DNA of 64,000 nucleotides from Podarcis tiliguerta (Eukaryota): NCBI GenBank assembly GCA_965153285.1, contig OZ229122.1, one strand, 5' to 3'. The notes under the pieces are model-generated. The model saw only the letters and a list, made by a program, of their open reading frames with translations, was not told where the DNA came from and made no database searches. Positions within the stretch are counted from its first letter, which is position 1, and each line of letters opens with the position of its first letter. The position numbers and the translations under genes are program-made. Shown piece by piece: positions 49,310 through 61,017 of the stretch.

Positions 49310-49533
49310 ATGCTGATATTCATAATTGTGTTGCTGCTGCTGCTGCTGCCTCACATAGCATGCAAGGCTCAAGATGTTCAGTGTAGGAAGTGGCATTCCA
49401 GACGGATTCATCCCAGGTTTTATCAACATGGAGATTTCACCTATGGAGCCATTGTTTTTCAGAGTGCCGTTTCTCTGTCTCCAATTACCTTGAACAGACA
49501 TCCTGATTGGGAACAAGTACCTAAAGTGTTTGT
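49310..49533 (+). CDS. V2R-1 exon 1 (signal peptide and start of Venus-flytrap domain)
   Basis: MLIFIIVLLLLLLPHIACK...FYQHGDFTYGAI, typical of V2R exon 1. The 3' boundary is uncertain (49527 or 49533). Confidence 0.8.
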
Positions 49534-51255
49534 ATAAGGAATCATTTCTCCTTCCTACTTTGTCTCTGTTATGTTACATTCAGCAGCAGAAAATAAAGAG
49601 ACTGAGCTTTGGTTCTTTGCAGCCCTGATTCTAAAAGAGAAACTTTGAACAGACTAGGGAGAGGTAGTGGAAGGTCCACAGGAATCTGAAGTTTTCAGCC
49701 TCCAGACAATGACATGGTCTTTTGTGCAATAGGAAAATCAATTAATAAATTAAAGGCATTTTATTTTCCACCTCCCCACATACAAATATCCACTGAATAT
49801 GTACTGGGGCTTTGGAAATGTCACCTGACTTTTATAGCATTTCCATCCTCTTTCCATTTGTATCTCTCTCCATCACCATGCTGTCTTCCAAAGCAGGATT
49901 CTCATGTTGTGGAAGAGTGATGGACAGCAGTACCCAGTTAAGTTATGATATTGAATTCTGCTTCACAAACCAAGCTACTATTCCCACCAAATAAAGGGTC
50001 TAAACAGCTGAGCTTTAGCACCATGTATAGAGCGAGGAGCATCCCTCTCCTCAGCTCCCAAAACATTACTATATCTCATTGGGTATGTTGGTAGTTATTC
50101 AATATAGGAATTAAATATGTCCTTGCCCAGAGACAATCTTGCTTGCAAGTCCTGGATGATCTGCTCCTTTCCATACAGGCCATTTACCCATCTGGCCTGG
50201 GAGGGCAGTGCCCTACTGAGTGACTGACTGACCTCAGCTACAAAAGCTGCTGAACAGACTCTTGGGCTGGGGTCTTGTTTAGCAGTTTTTGTTGGGCTGT
50301 TTCATTTATTTATTCCTGTTATTTATTTATTTATTCTGAATTTTCATCTTTCGATCTGCTTATGAATCAGATTTTTGTCTGATTTATTTGGAAATGATTT
50401 CAGTTTGGTAATTTTTGATGTATTTTATTTGTTCATCGTGACTTAACCAGAATGCTGGTGCTTTGAGCCCACCCAGAGATGCCTGTGGAGTAGATTATAC
50501 ATGAGGTTCCTTCCTAATCTTCTAGGATTCTATGTTGTAAACTGCCTTGAACATAATTTTAACTATAGAAAGGCATACACATAAAATGATGGTGGTGATA
50601 TTGATATGGTAGCTTTGCCTTACTCTTGTGTAAGAACATAATATCTAGTAATGAAGCACAATAACTATTTTTTTTGGGGGGGGGACCACTCATATGCACA
50701 ATAAACTGGATGAGACCAGGGCAGTGTGAATTAAGCTGAGGTATAGATACACCACATCCAAGCCACGTTCAGCAGCAGAGCTGCTGCTTCTTCTTGGACT
50801 AAGCCTGGACTGTGGTGGATTTTGGGGTCTCAGATTTCATGGGCACCCTCAGCCTCTCACCTTCCATTATACTTCATACACTCCGGCTCCATGTGCAGTA
50901 CAACTGAACCTGTTGAGATGCCCCAAATCTGCCTCTAGGCTTGCCAGGTAATGTCTCTTAGTGGACTATCCTAAATAGCCCCCACTTTGATTCTGCCCTC
51001 ATACTTCTAGAATGACGATTTTTTTCAGCTTCAGCTCAGCGACCCTCAGCTCAGCCAGCTTCAACTCAGCCACTTCAGCCAAGGCTCAGGTAGGATGAGC
51101 CAGCTGAGACAGGAAGCAGCCCTCTGACTCACAGATCTGCTGTATTCTAAGATGCTCATCCAAGGGGATCTTGCAAAAGGATTGCTACTTTAGAAAATAA
51201 CAGCTTCAAAAAGAGCAGAATATACTTGTGACACAATATGCAATTCTCTTTGTAG

Positions 51256-51544
51256 TGGAGTGACAGAGAACTATCAGCATCTTTTGGCTTTGGCTTTTGC
51301 GGTAAAGGAGGTTAATGAAAATCCCCAGATTTTACCCAATATTTCACTGGGATTCAATATATATGATAACACTTTGCAAGCTAGGTGGACCACTCCTGCT
51401 GCAATGCAATTTATTTCACCAAAGGACAGACTTCTCCCCAACTTTATGTGTGGTATCCATGAAAATTTATTGACTATTACTGAGGATGTTACTTTTTCTT
51501 ACTTTCCCATACCACAAATTTTTGCTATCTACAAGATTCCTCAG
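51256..51544 (+). CDS. V2R-1 exon 2
   Basis: tttgtag| acceptor; NYQHLLALAFAVKEVNENPQILPNISLGFNIYDN...YKIPQ|gtaaga. Confidence 0.92.
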
Positions 51545-52008
51545 GTAAGAGTTTATGTGTGTATGGAAACAGAAGAAATATATACAATTTAAATACTGCT
51601 TTCCATTTTAGAAGTGGTTTTGGATCCATCACAAATTAGTTTTTTAAAATATATTTTTATATTTCATCATGTTTTTCATCAGAATCATAATTATCTCAAT
51701 CCAACTTAATTTGCAAGGTTGCTTCTAATGTGATTTCAATTAATAAGACAGTGGTGTGATTTGAGATTTTCTGGATAACATGTAAGATTTAAAATTATGT
51801 TTGATGTAAAATTTAGTGAGACCTTGAAAATCTTCAAAAAAAAGGTACAAAGTACGAACAATGATTGAGATATATACATGATGTTTTATTAAGAAATACA
51901 GCACTGTACAAATGTGTTTGCAGTTCCACCCCACCCCCAAACATAGAAACACCACCAATGTAAACTAAACTAAACTAAAATATTTCCACACCCTCAAAAT
52001 ATGTTTAG

Positions 52009-52893
52009 CTCATATATGATTCTGCTTCAGTCATACTGGAGAACACTGACCTCCCTTCTTTCTACAAAATGGTCCCAAAGAGACTTGATCAGTTCAAAGG
52101 GATTCTCAAATTACTTGACTATTTCCAATGGAGGTGGATTGGATTATTTGCTACAGATGGAATGACTTTACAATGGTTCATACAGAAGATGGTTCCAGAA
52201 TTTTCCAGTCATAGCATTTGTTTTGCATTCCTTGACTCATTCACCAGTTTTGAATATGATATTGAGAAAGGAAATTATGACAGAAGTGCTATGTTTTTGT
52301 CTAATAAGATCATAAACAGCAAAGCCAATGTCCTTGTCTTCCATGGAGAGGTTACAAAAATGATGTTTTTGAGATGTCTTCTACAACAAAGAATCAAGCC
52401 CAAAATGCCAAATCCAAAAGGAAAAGTCTTCATTCTGACTATCGGGATGGAGTTAAAAACCTACCTCTTCAATCGTATCTTTGATATACAAGATTTCTCT
52501 GGTGCCTTATCATTTGCACTTCAGTCTAATGAACTTCAAGGATTCCAACACTTTATTCAGAACAGAAACCCTTCTAATGCTGAGGGAGATACTTTTATTA
52601 AAGATTTCTGGACAGATCAATTTTGCTGTATATCTCAGGATATTATTCTGGACCATTTTGTACAGGGTAATTACTCTGGGAGAGCTTATTCATCTCCCTG
52701 CACTGGAGAGGAGAAACTAGAGAGCCTTCCTGAGCATGTCTTCCCAAGGAGTGTAACAGGCCACAGCTACAGCTTTTACAATAGTGTCTATATTGTGGCT
52801 CATGCCTTACATGCCATGATATCATCCAGATCCAGAAGCAAAGCAGGGATGAAGAGAGAAAGATGGAGCCTTCAAAATCATGAGCCATGGCAG
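52009..52893 (+). CDS. V2R-1 exon 3
   Basis: tttag|CTC; SFYKMVP, YFQWRWIGL, CTGEEKLE, SYSFYNSVYIVAHALH, PWQ|gtgaca; open throughout. Confidence 0.92.
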
Positions 52894-54548
52894 GTGACAA
52901 GAGTCCAAACTTGAATCAGGGGCTGGTTGTTCTACTTTTATTATCAATTCCAGTAACATTTAACTGTACATCTGAATGCAATTTGTGAAAAAGAAATGAA
53001 GAGAGGGATATGTGAAAGGGCACATGAAAAAGAGTGGTATGTTTGAGAGATGTACATGGTGTGTATTTCTGTTTTCTGTCTTAGTTTCAAGGATTCCCTC
53101 TTTGCTGACATAAGCACCCAGTCTCTTTGTTTCTTTGTTGCCCACTTCTCATGTGGTGATATTGATGGGAACAAGCTTTGCTCTGTGTAGAGAGTTTCCT
53201 CCCATATTTTCGGGAAGGGGGAATGATGGGAACCATTCCATCCACACAGCTATTTTTTACATATCATATTTGGAGCTGTTGGCCAGCATGTTTTCATCCA
53301 TTCAGCAACTTTTCTGACTGGTTGTTTGAATGCTCTTTGTGCTGTTGTTTGAATGGTCTTCGTGTGTGTGTTGGTGTGAGCATGTTCATGTGCATTGGAT
53401 GGAATTCATTTGGGCAGAGACAGACAGTTAGGTGGAAGTGTGGTGTGTGAAAGAGAAATGAAGAGAGGGAAATGTAAAAGGGTACAGTATATGAGAAAGA
53501 GTGGTATGTTTGAGAAATGTACATGGTGTGTGTTTTCAGAGTCAGGCAGAGCTCTAATGTTGCATTAGCAAGAAACATAAGGAGAATAAGTCCTATATAG
53601 TAGCACCAGCTTCATCTGAATTGTTGGTCTTACCCACATTGTGAGATACTGCTTTAATTAAGGAGACCCAGCTATGTCCCTTAGCTTTATACTATGATGG
53701 AGAGGGGGAGCCCTGGTCTGTGCAAACCTTTGGCACTGTAGTCCTCCAAGTCCAAGAACAGCAATATTACATCTCCAGGTCAAATTAGAAGTAGCAGTGA
53801 TTCATCTGATGGAGACACTTTTTAGATTGGTCCTGTGCAACCTTCTGCTTCTGTGTTGCCTTCATTCCCTATAGTTAAGAGGTACAAGGTTGGCAACTTT
53901 TCATAATGTTTCTTAATGTTTGTGAGATCTTTGTTCGTGTGATTGCTCAATATTCATATTCAATATTCATTAAGCCATTAAGCAGAGAAAGAGAGAGACA
54001 GTGAGAAAAGTGTACATGTAGTGTGTGTGAAAGAGTAATGGAGAAAGGGAAATATAAAATATGGATATGAGGTGACTTATCTATGAGAGTATTAACGACA
54101 CTTTTAATTTTTGATCGTTTCTTCAGTTTTTATTAATTTTCTGATCATTTTTTAAAACAAACATCCCTCTCCCTGCTCTACCACGGTTTGAGTACATTAT
54201 NNNNNNNNNNNNNNNNNNNNNNNNNNNNNNNNNNNNNNNNNNNNNNNNNNNNNNNNNNNNNNNNNNNNNNNNNNNNNNNNNNNNNNNNNNNNNNNNNNNN
54301 NNNNNNNNNNNNNNNNNNNNNNNNNNNNNNNNNNNNNNNNNNNNNNNNNNNNNNNNNNNNNNNNNNNNNNNNNNNNNNNNNNNNNNNNNNNTGGCCATAA
54401 ATAATAAACGTCTGACCTAGATCTTGCTTTATTAACATTATCTCCATCAAGAGGGCATTGTCCACCACAGTGGCCTTCATGCCTTGTGTGTTTTTTGGTC
54501 TGGCTGGACCATTTTCTTAAATAGCTCCTTTTTCTGTTTTTGTTCCAG

Positions 54549-54776
54549 CTCTACCATTTTTTGAAAGCTGTGTCATTTAACAACAGTGTTAAGGAGAAGG
54601 TTTCCTTTGACCAGAATGGGGAGCTCATTCAAAAGTATGACATTATTAATTTGGTCACATATCCAAACCAATCTTTCAATAAAGTGAAAGTTGGAAGGAT
54701 GGATCCCCAAGCTCCTCCTGACGAACTCCTGAGCATCAACGAGGATGCCATAGTTTGGCACAGCTGGTTTAATCAG
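54549..54776 (+). CDS. V2R-1 exon 4
   Basis: ttccag|LYHFLKAVSFNNS...FDQNGE...YDIINL...KVKVGRMDP...IVWHSWFNQ|gtagga; 228 nt. Confidence 0.92.
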
Positions 54777-55652
54777 GTAGGACCTCAATGCAGATATTTG
54801 GAAAGTGTCCCAGTTCTCAATGAGGGTGAGTCTTTTGTTCAAAGCCCAACCCTCTGCACAATTTTGTCCTTGCCTATGCTCATTCTCCAACCACACCAAC
54901 CTTCTGAGGAGAGATTTCATGGAGGGTTCCCCATTACATGAAAATGTTACTTTCATTCAAGCAAAAATTAAAAGCAGTCCTATGCAGACTTACCCCAGTG
55001 AGTAAGACGGCATAGTGTGTGCTTCAAAATGTTTATATTGACAGAAATTACTTTGCAAAAATGTCAATATTATGCTGGTGTCAGGGAGTTTCAGGACACT
55101 GGTGAATGTGCAGTGGGGGAAGTGGGGCTGGAGTCTGTTTGGGAAGGATGGGCAGCAAGGAAGCATGAAGCAGCTGAAGCTGCAGAGTTGGAGGGTGAAG
55201 GATTCAAGGAAATGGGGGAAGAAGCAGGTCAGTGAAGTGAAGAGCCAGGTGCTTCCCTCCCCTCTCCTGCATCACTGTCTCCCAGAACCACGAGAGGATT
55301 GAAGCAGGAAAAGCAGAAACAGCTACCATGCCAGTATACGGTAGTCTCCAGCTGTGTGTATACAGTCCATAAATGGAAGTTACACGAGCTGGTGAAGGGC
55401 GTGAGGCTCCCTGTTGCTGCAATTGAGCCATCAACAAGGGGTATTATGGTATTGTAAGTGTCAGCTTAGACAAGTGCCATCTGCACTTGTTAGACTGGGC
55501 CTTCAGGACTTATTCCACAGGTAAACAATTAAAAATGTTGTTTGTGTTGCTTAGGAAGCTAGACTACTGTTTAGCATATTCTTTCCTGAACCTTCATGAT
55601 TCCAAGATGATTCTCCTGATAATTAACATCTCCCCCTCTCATTTGTTGATAG

Positions 55653-55779
55653 ACACAGCCTGTTGCTTTGTGTAATCCCAAGTGCCCAACCGGTTATATG
55701 AAAAAAAGCAAGGAGGGGGAGTCCTTCTGCTGCTATGATTGCATTGTATGCCCCAAAGGGTGGATATCTGATCATGAAG
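55653..55779 (+). CDS. V2R-1 exon 5 (cysteine-rich domain; absent from the ORF track)
   Basis: atag|TQPVALCNPKCPTGYMKKSKEGESFCCYDCIVCPKGWISDHE-g|gtgaga; 127 nt, phase-1 end. Confidence 0.92.
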
Positions 55780-56289
55780 GTGAGAGTTTCAGCATACAGA
55801 TGCAAGAAAAATATCTACACTTCACAGCCAAATATAAGGAAGAATAATGGGCACATTATGCAAATGCAGTTAATGAGTACTATGTGGGCAATGCCATTTT
55901 ATGTGTCCAGCTATGGAATGTTATGTGCCTTCCATGTTTCAAATGAGATTTTGTAGTATCTATGAACATATGAAAATGTAAACCTTTGCATCGAGCACCA
56001 TCTATCACAGCAGCACACTCTTTGAGCTTGAGGGAGCCCTGGCTGATGATGTGTCTCAGCACCAACTGAAAAAAATGTCAAGGAAAATGAAACAGACCTG
56101 TCAGTTCAGCAACAGAATGAGGCCATTCTGCCTATTCTTTCCTTGTCATATTTAAAAAAAAAAAAGTTCAATAAAAGTTTGTGGACTTGAGCTTGTGGAC
56201 ATCTAATTAAGCTGAATATTAGCAAATTCAGTACAGTTAAAAAAAGGCAGTTCTGTGCACAGCGCATAGCTAAATGATGGAACTAAATG

Positions 56290-56505
56290 AGGGCCATCAG
56301 TGGCTACTAGCCATGATGGATATGCCTCCATGCTCAGCAGCAGGAATGCTTCTTAATACCATTTGCTGGAAACCACAGTGGGCGGTAGAGTAGTCTTCTG
56401 TTTGGGTCCTGCTTATGGGTTTCCTACAGGCATCAGGCTGGTCACTGTGAGAACCAGATCATGGACAAGAAGGGCAACTGGCCTGATCTATAAGGCTTTT
56501 CTTTA
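56290..56505 (+). mobile_element. CR1-like 3' UTR remnant
   Basis: ggccatcagtggctactagccatgatgg...gtcactgtgagaac...tggcctgatc resembles squamate CR1 3' ends. Confidence 0.45.
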
Positions 56506-57046
56506 GCACATTATGGACTATTCCTTGTCTCAACCTTAATTTACATTTCTGCCTTCAATGTAGTTCCACATGTGTACAAGCTGAACATCTACAGTGAGGT
56601 TTTTGAACTTCTGTGAAGTGGCTATAGTTCCAGTTCCTTGTTTGTTTTCCCTACTGATTCCTAAAAGCATGAGAGTTTGCTTTTGTAAAATAAGAACAAT
56701 CAACATTTGCTTCACACAATGCAGTGTTACTAATAAATATGAATTTTGTTTTCTCCTACCGCGTTGAGGCACCCATAACATTTGTGGCAACTATGTGATA
56801 GCCTGGAAATACAATGTTCTAATGTCCATACAAGAAATACATAATACAATACATTATGGGGAGAAATATGAACATAGAATCCAGTTTAATGTTCTGTCAA
56901 ATCACATTGTTCTTCCTATGTTTTAATGAGCCCTTTTTTAGCCATTGAATGTAACACCACATTTCCCACCATAAAAATAGAATGAAATACATGAGTGAAT
57001 GCAAGGAGAATATTTCATTTTTCAGTTATGACATATTATACTAATA

Positions 57047-57943
57047 AAGTAAATGTAAAGGACAGTTAAGTCCACTCAAATTCGACTATAGGGTGCGGTG
57101 CTCATCTCTGCTTACAGGATGAGGAAACTGGTGTTTGTCCACAGACAGTTTTCTGGGTCATGTAGCTAGAATGACTAAACTGCTTTTGGTGCAACGGGAC
57201 ACTGTGATGGAGGCCAGAGAGCATAGAAACACCATTTACCTTCCCGCTACAGCGTTACCCATTTATCGTATTAGACATGCGTGGCGCTGTTGTCTAAACC
57301 ACTAAGCCTCTTGGGCTTGCTGATTGGAAGGTCGGTGGTTCAAATGCCCACGATGGGGTGAATTCCCATTGCTCCCTCCCTGCTCCTGCCAACCTAGCAG
57401 GTCAAAAGCACACCAGTACAAGTAGAAAAATAGGTACTGCTGCAGTTGGAAGGTAAACGGCGTTTCTGTGCGCTGTTGCTTCTGTCACAGTGTACCATTG
57501 CACCAGAAGTGGTTTAGTGATGCTGGCCACATGACGTGGAAAGCTGTCTGTAGACAAACACTGGCTCCCTCAGCCTGAAAGCGAGATGAGCACAGCAACC
57601 TGATAGTCACCTTTGACTAGACTTAACCATCTGTGAGTGCTTTACTGTCAGGGAAAGGGAAGCAGCCAGAGAGGGGGGGCATGGAAGCACTTACCGAGAG
57701 CCTAGAGAGCCCTTTTCCAGTCTGTCTTCTGAATCGGAGACTGAATTAGGGAGGGGCCAGTCTGTCCCCAGAACTAGCTATATTCAGAAGAGCTATATTC
57801 AGAATTTACCTTTTATTTTTTACTCATGCTGGCATGGTTTGGAACTGCTAGGTTGGCAGGAGTTAGTAATGGGAGCTCACCGAGTTCTGCAGATTAAAAC
57901 TGCAGATTAAAAGTGGCTCGTTGGTTTAGACCACAGTGCCACC
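57047..57943. mobile_element. Nested Sauria SINEs: minus-strand copy split by a plus-strand copy (about 57273-57810), itself interrupted by a ~155-bp insert
   Basis: Both orientations of the hallmark segments are present (gtggcgctgttgtctaaaccactaagcctcttgggc; ctgctaggttggcagg; gggtcatgt-gc--g-atgactaaac). Confidence 0.75.
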
Positions 57944-58075
57944 GGCAGTGTAGCTGAACGAGAGTAACAGCTATAGCTAGTTTGTGTTACTTATTCATGA
58001 CTGTATTCCTGTCACGTCAGAAGCAAAGGGTTAAAAATAATTCTAACCTGGTATTTTTTGTGTTTTCTATTTCAG

Positions 58076-58972
58076 ATATGCCTGTGTGTTCCAAATGTCC
58101 AGATGATCAATATGCAAACAGGTTGCCAGAATGCATGTATTCCCAAGACTATAACCTTCTTATCTTATGAAGAACCTTTGGGTATCAGTTTAACACTTTC
58201 TGCTGTCTCATTTTCCATTATCACAGTTTTGATGCTAAGAATATTTTTGAAGCACCATGATACTCCCATAGTTAAAGCCAACAACAGGGACCTGACCTAC
58301 ACTCTCCTCATCTCCCTCCTGCTCTGCTTCCTTTCTGCACTCCTATTTATCGGCAGACCTGACAAGGTGACATGTTTTCTGCGCCAAACTGCCTTTGGCC
58401 TTGTGTTCACAATGGCTGTGTCTTCTGTGCTGCCCAAAACCATCACCGTGGTTCTTGTTTTCATGGCTACACAGCCTGGATCCAGGATGAAGAAGTGGGT
58501 GGGGAAAAGCCTGGCCAGCTCCATTGTCCTTTCTTGCTCCATTCTCCAAGCGGGCATCTGCCTGGTGTGGCTTTCCACCTCTCCTCCATTCCCAGATACT
58601 GACGCCCAGTCAATGACTGAGGAGATTGTACTGCAATGTAACGAGTCATCCCCAATCATGTTTTACTGTGTCCTGAGCTACATGGGCTTGCTAGCCATGG
58701 CCAGCTTCATTGTAGCTTTCTTTGCCCGGAACTTGCCTGACAGTTTCAATGAAGCCAAGTTCATCACTTTCAGCATGTTGGTGTTTTGCAGTGTTTGGTT
58801 GTCCTTTGTTCCAACTTACTTGAGCACCAAAGGGAAATATATGGTGGCTGTGGAGATCTTCTCCATCTTGGCCTCCAGTGCTGGGTTGCTAACTTGCATC
58901 TTCTTCCCCAAATGCTACATTATCTTGTTGAGGCCTGAGCTGAACAAAAGGGAGCAGTTAATTAGGAGATGA
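58076..58972 (+). pseudogene. V2R-1 exon 6 (7TM) with +1 frameshift near 58126
   Basis: ttcag|[17 protein letters not shown], then a frame change to [19 protein letters not shown]...TPIVKANN...[16 protein letters not shown]...[14 protein letters not shown]. Confidence 0.88.
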
Positions 58973-59025
58973 AAACACTGAAGAACACTATAATCCTCAA
59001 AAGCTGCTGCTGCTGCTGCTACTGC

Positions 59026-59056
<31 letters not shown>

Positions 59057-59314
59057 TCTTTTTTATTTATAATTCATTCAAAGCTTTTCTGACTTAAGTA
59101 TAAATAAGAATTAGATTTCATTGTACAAAGAACATCTTAAAATGACATAATTGTGAATGTTCATAATTCATTGGTTTTTCTCTCCATGTTATCTTCTCAG
59201 CAACACTGTAAAGTATGTTATGTTGAATGATAGCAAATGAGCTTAATTTTCTCCTTCATTTGAGTACAATGCTATAAGAACAACCTAGAATAAAAACCAT
59301 ACTAAATATTTCTA

Positions 59315-59576
59315 TTTTTTTTTAAAAAAATATTTATTACTTTTTGAACAATTTAAACACTACAAAACAAAACAAAAAGAAAAAGAAAAAAAAATAATAC
59401 AATACAAAGACACTACACAACACCAACACCTTAAACTAACAAAACCAAACAAAAACAATAAACACTCAAACAATTTCAATATCTTGTCTTTCCTTCACTT
59501 ATTTCACCGACCTCCTTGCACCTCCCTTTTTGTATTCCACTTTTATCAATTGTTTCAGCGATTCCTTTCCATCTTT
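59315..59576 (-). mobile_element. 5'-truncated L1/Tx1-type element, same family as 10649-11600
   Basis: Reverse complement matches about 11280-11600 (aagatggaaag...ggaatacaaaaagggaggtg); TSD atact(a/g)aatatttcta at 59299 and 59577. Confidence 0.75.
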
Positions 59577-61017
59577 ATACTGAATATTTCTAAATACCCA
59601 TTTCGCTTGAAAAAGTAGAAGAAGTTAATAAAGCCTGAAAGGTAAGAAAGACTCCCAATATCAATGGTTTTATCAGGGACGGGTAGTGCTTTTTCTCTTT
59701 AAAATGTTTAGGGGTACTCTCATTTTGACTCAAGAAAATCACCACTTTATAGTTGAAACTGGTAAAAATAAATACAGCAAAAGGACAAAAGGACAGAGAA
59801 TCAAAAAGTACAGAGAATCAACCCAACCAGGGTGAGTTGTTGATAGGTGTGGCCCAAACCTTAACTGTTCAGCCCTGGGAACGCGCCAGGCTGTTTTGGC
59901 GTGATTCTCGGGGCCTATAAAAATGGCAGCGCAACGCGATTGGAGACACACTAAACCAAAGGATATTTAATTGTCACTGGTGTCATTTTATGCCACAAAG
60001 GCATTTGGCAAATTGAAATGGTCCAATCTGTTCAAAATTAACCTTTCATTAAGTGGCTATGTGCTTCCATATCACTTCTTAACATTTATTGGCCCGATAA
60101 CATTTCCTTTTATCATTTAAACCATTTTTGCTTCCAAACCTAAGTCAGGAAAAAGATGGAGACCAAGTACGAGTTGAGCTGTTCCCCTTTGGCATCATCT
60201 CCTTCCCATAGAATGTCCGTGTATTTCCCCTTTTGCCAAATGTTTGTCTATTTCTTTTCATCCCTCTCTTAAAGGGTTTTTAAAAAAATTGTTTAGAGTA
60301 AAGATCAATTAGAGATATGCAAAGATATCTTAAGAGGACTCAGCAGATGAATCAAGTCAATGGTCCATAGGAATATCTCCAATGCCTACTCATTTACTTT
60401 GATATTTGATAATGGGGTGCATATTTGGGAGTTGTTGCTTGATCATAGCAGCCCCATTTCACATTTGGATCCTATTAACTTTAAACTTAAGGGACACACA
60501 CTGAAAGGTGCTTGTGCCAAAAATATGTTTTCATTCCTAGAAGTGGAGAAGTGGAGAAATTGCATTGTATTATCAGACATGACAATTCCTGTGATGAATG
60601 AAACCCATATTCTGCCAGGCTCTAGACAAGCCTCTTTAATTATTGTTCTTGCTTTTGGCCCTTATTATCCAAATCACATGCAGGTATTATTTCTCTTAAG
60701 ATATAACAATTACATATTTTTCAAGAAATGCTCAGAGGATACAAAATAGAGTACCTGCAATTACCAAGGACTAGGGAATAGAGACCAAACCTATGTTAGA
60801 CTGGTTTCTATCAATTCATGTTTTTTGGTTGTTGGGCTTGGGTAGATTTGCAAATTATTCATTAAAGTCAGGCTGTTGCTATCATGGAGATTCTAAACAT
60901 ACAGTGGTAGATACAAATAGAGGGATCTGTGTGCTAAAGTTAAATTTGTACACAGGATGGTGACATTATTAATTTTTTGGATATAAAAAATCTGCTGAAG
61001 GTAGATTTGCATTGAAA

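Larger units (their letters stand above)
49310..58972 (+). pseudogene. Vomeronasal type-2 receptor (V2R, class C GPCR), six exons, frameshifted in exon 6 (pseudogene or assembly indel)
   Basis: Exons ~49310-49527, 51256-51544, 52009-52893, 54549-54776, 55653-55779, 58076-58972 follow the standard V2R exon layout. An extra base near 58126 gives a TGA at 58168-58170, before TM1. Confidence 0.85.

Noticed and set aside
58297-58659. Antisense and alternate-frame ORFs over V2R exons 3, 4 and 6 and over OR7
   Set aside because: Shadow ORFs of real coding sequence.
60360-60749. 129-aa ORF upstream of V2R-2
   Set aside because: The paralogous region at 48585-48957 has a stop in this frame (ctagaatag near 48750) and there is no recognisable domain.
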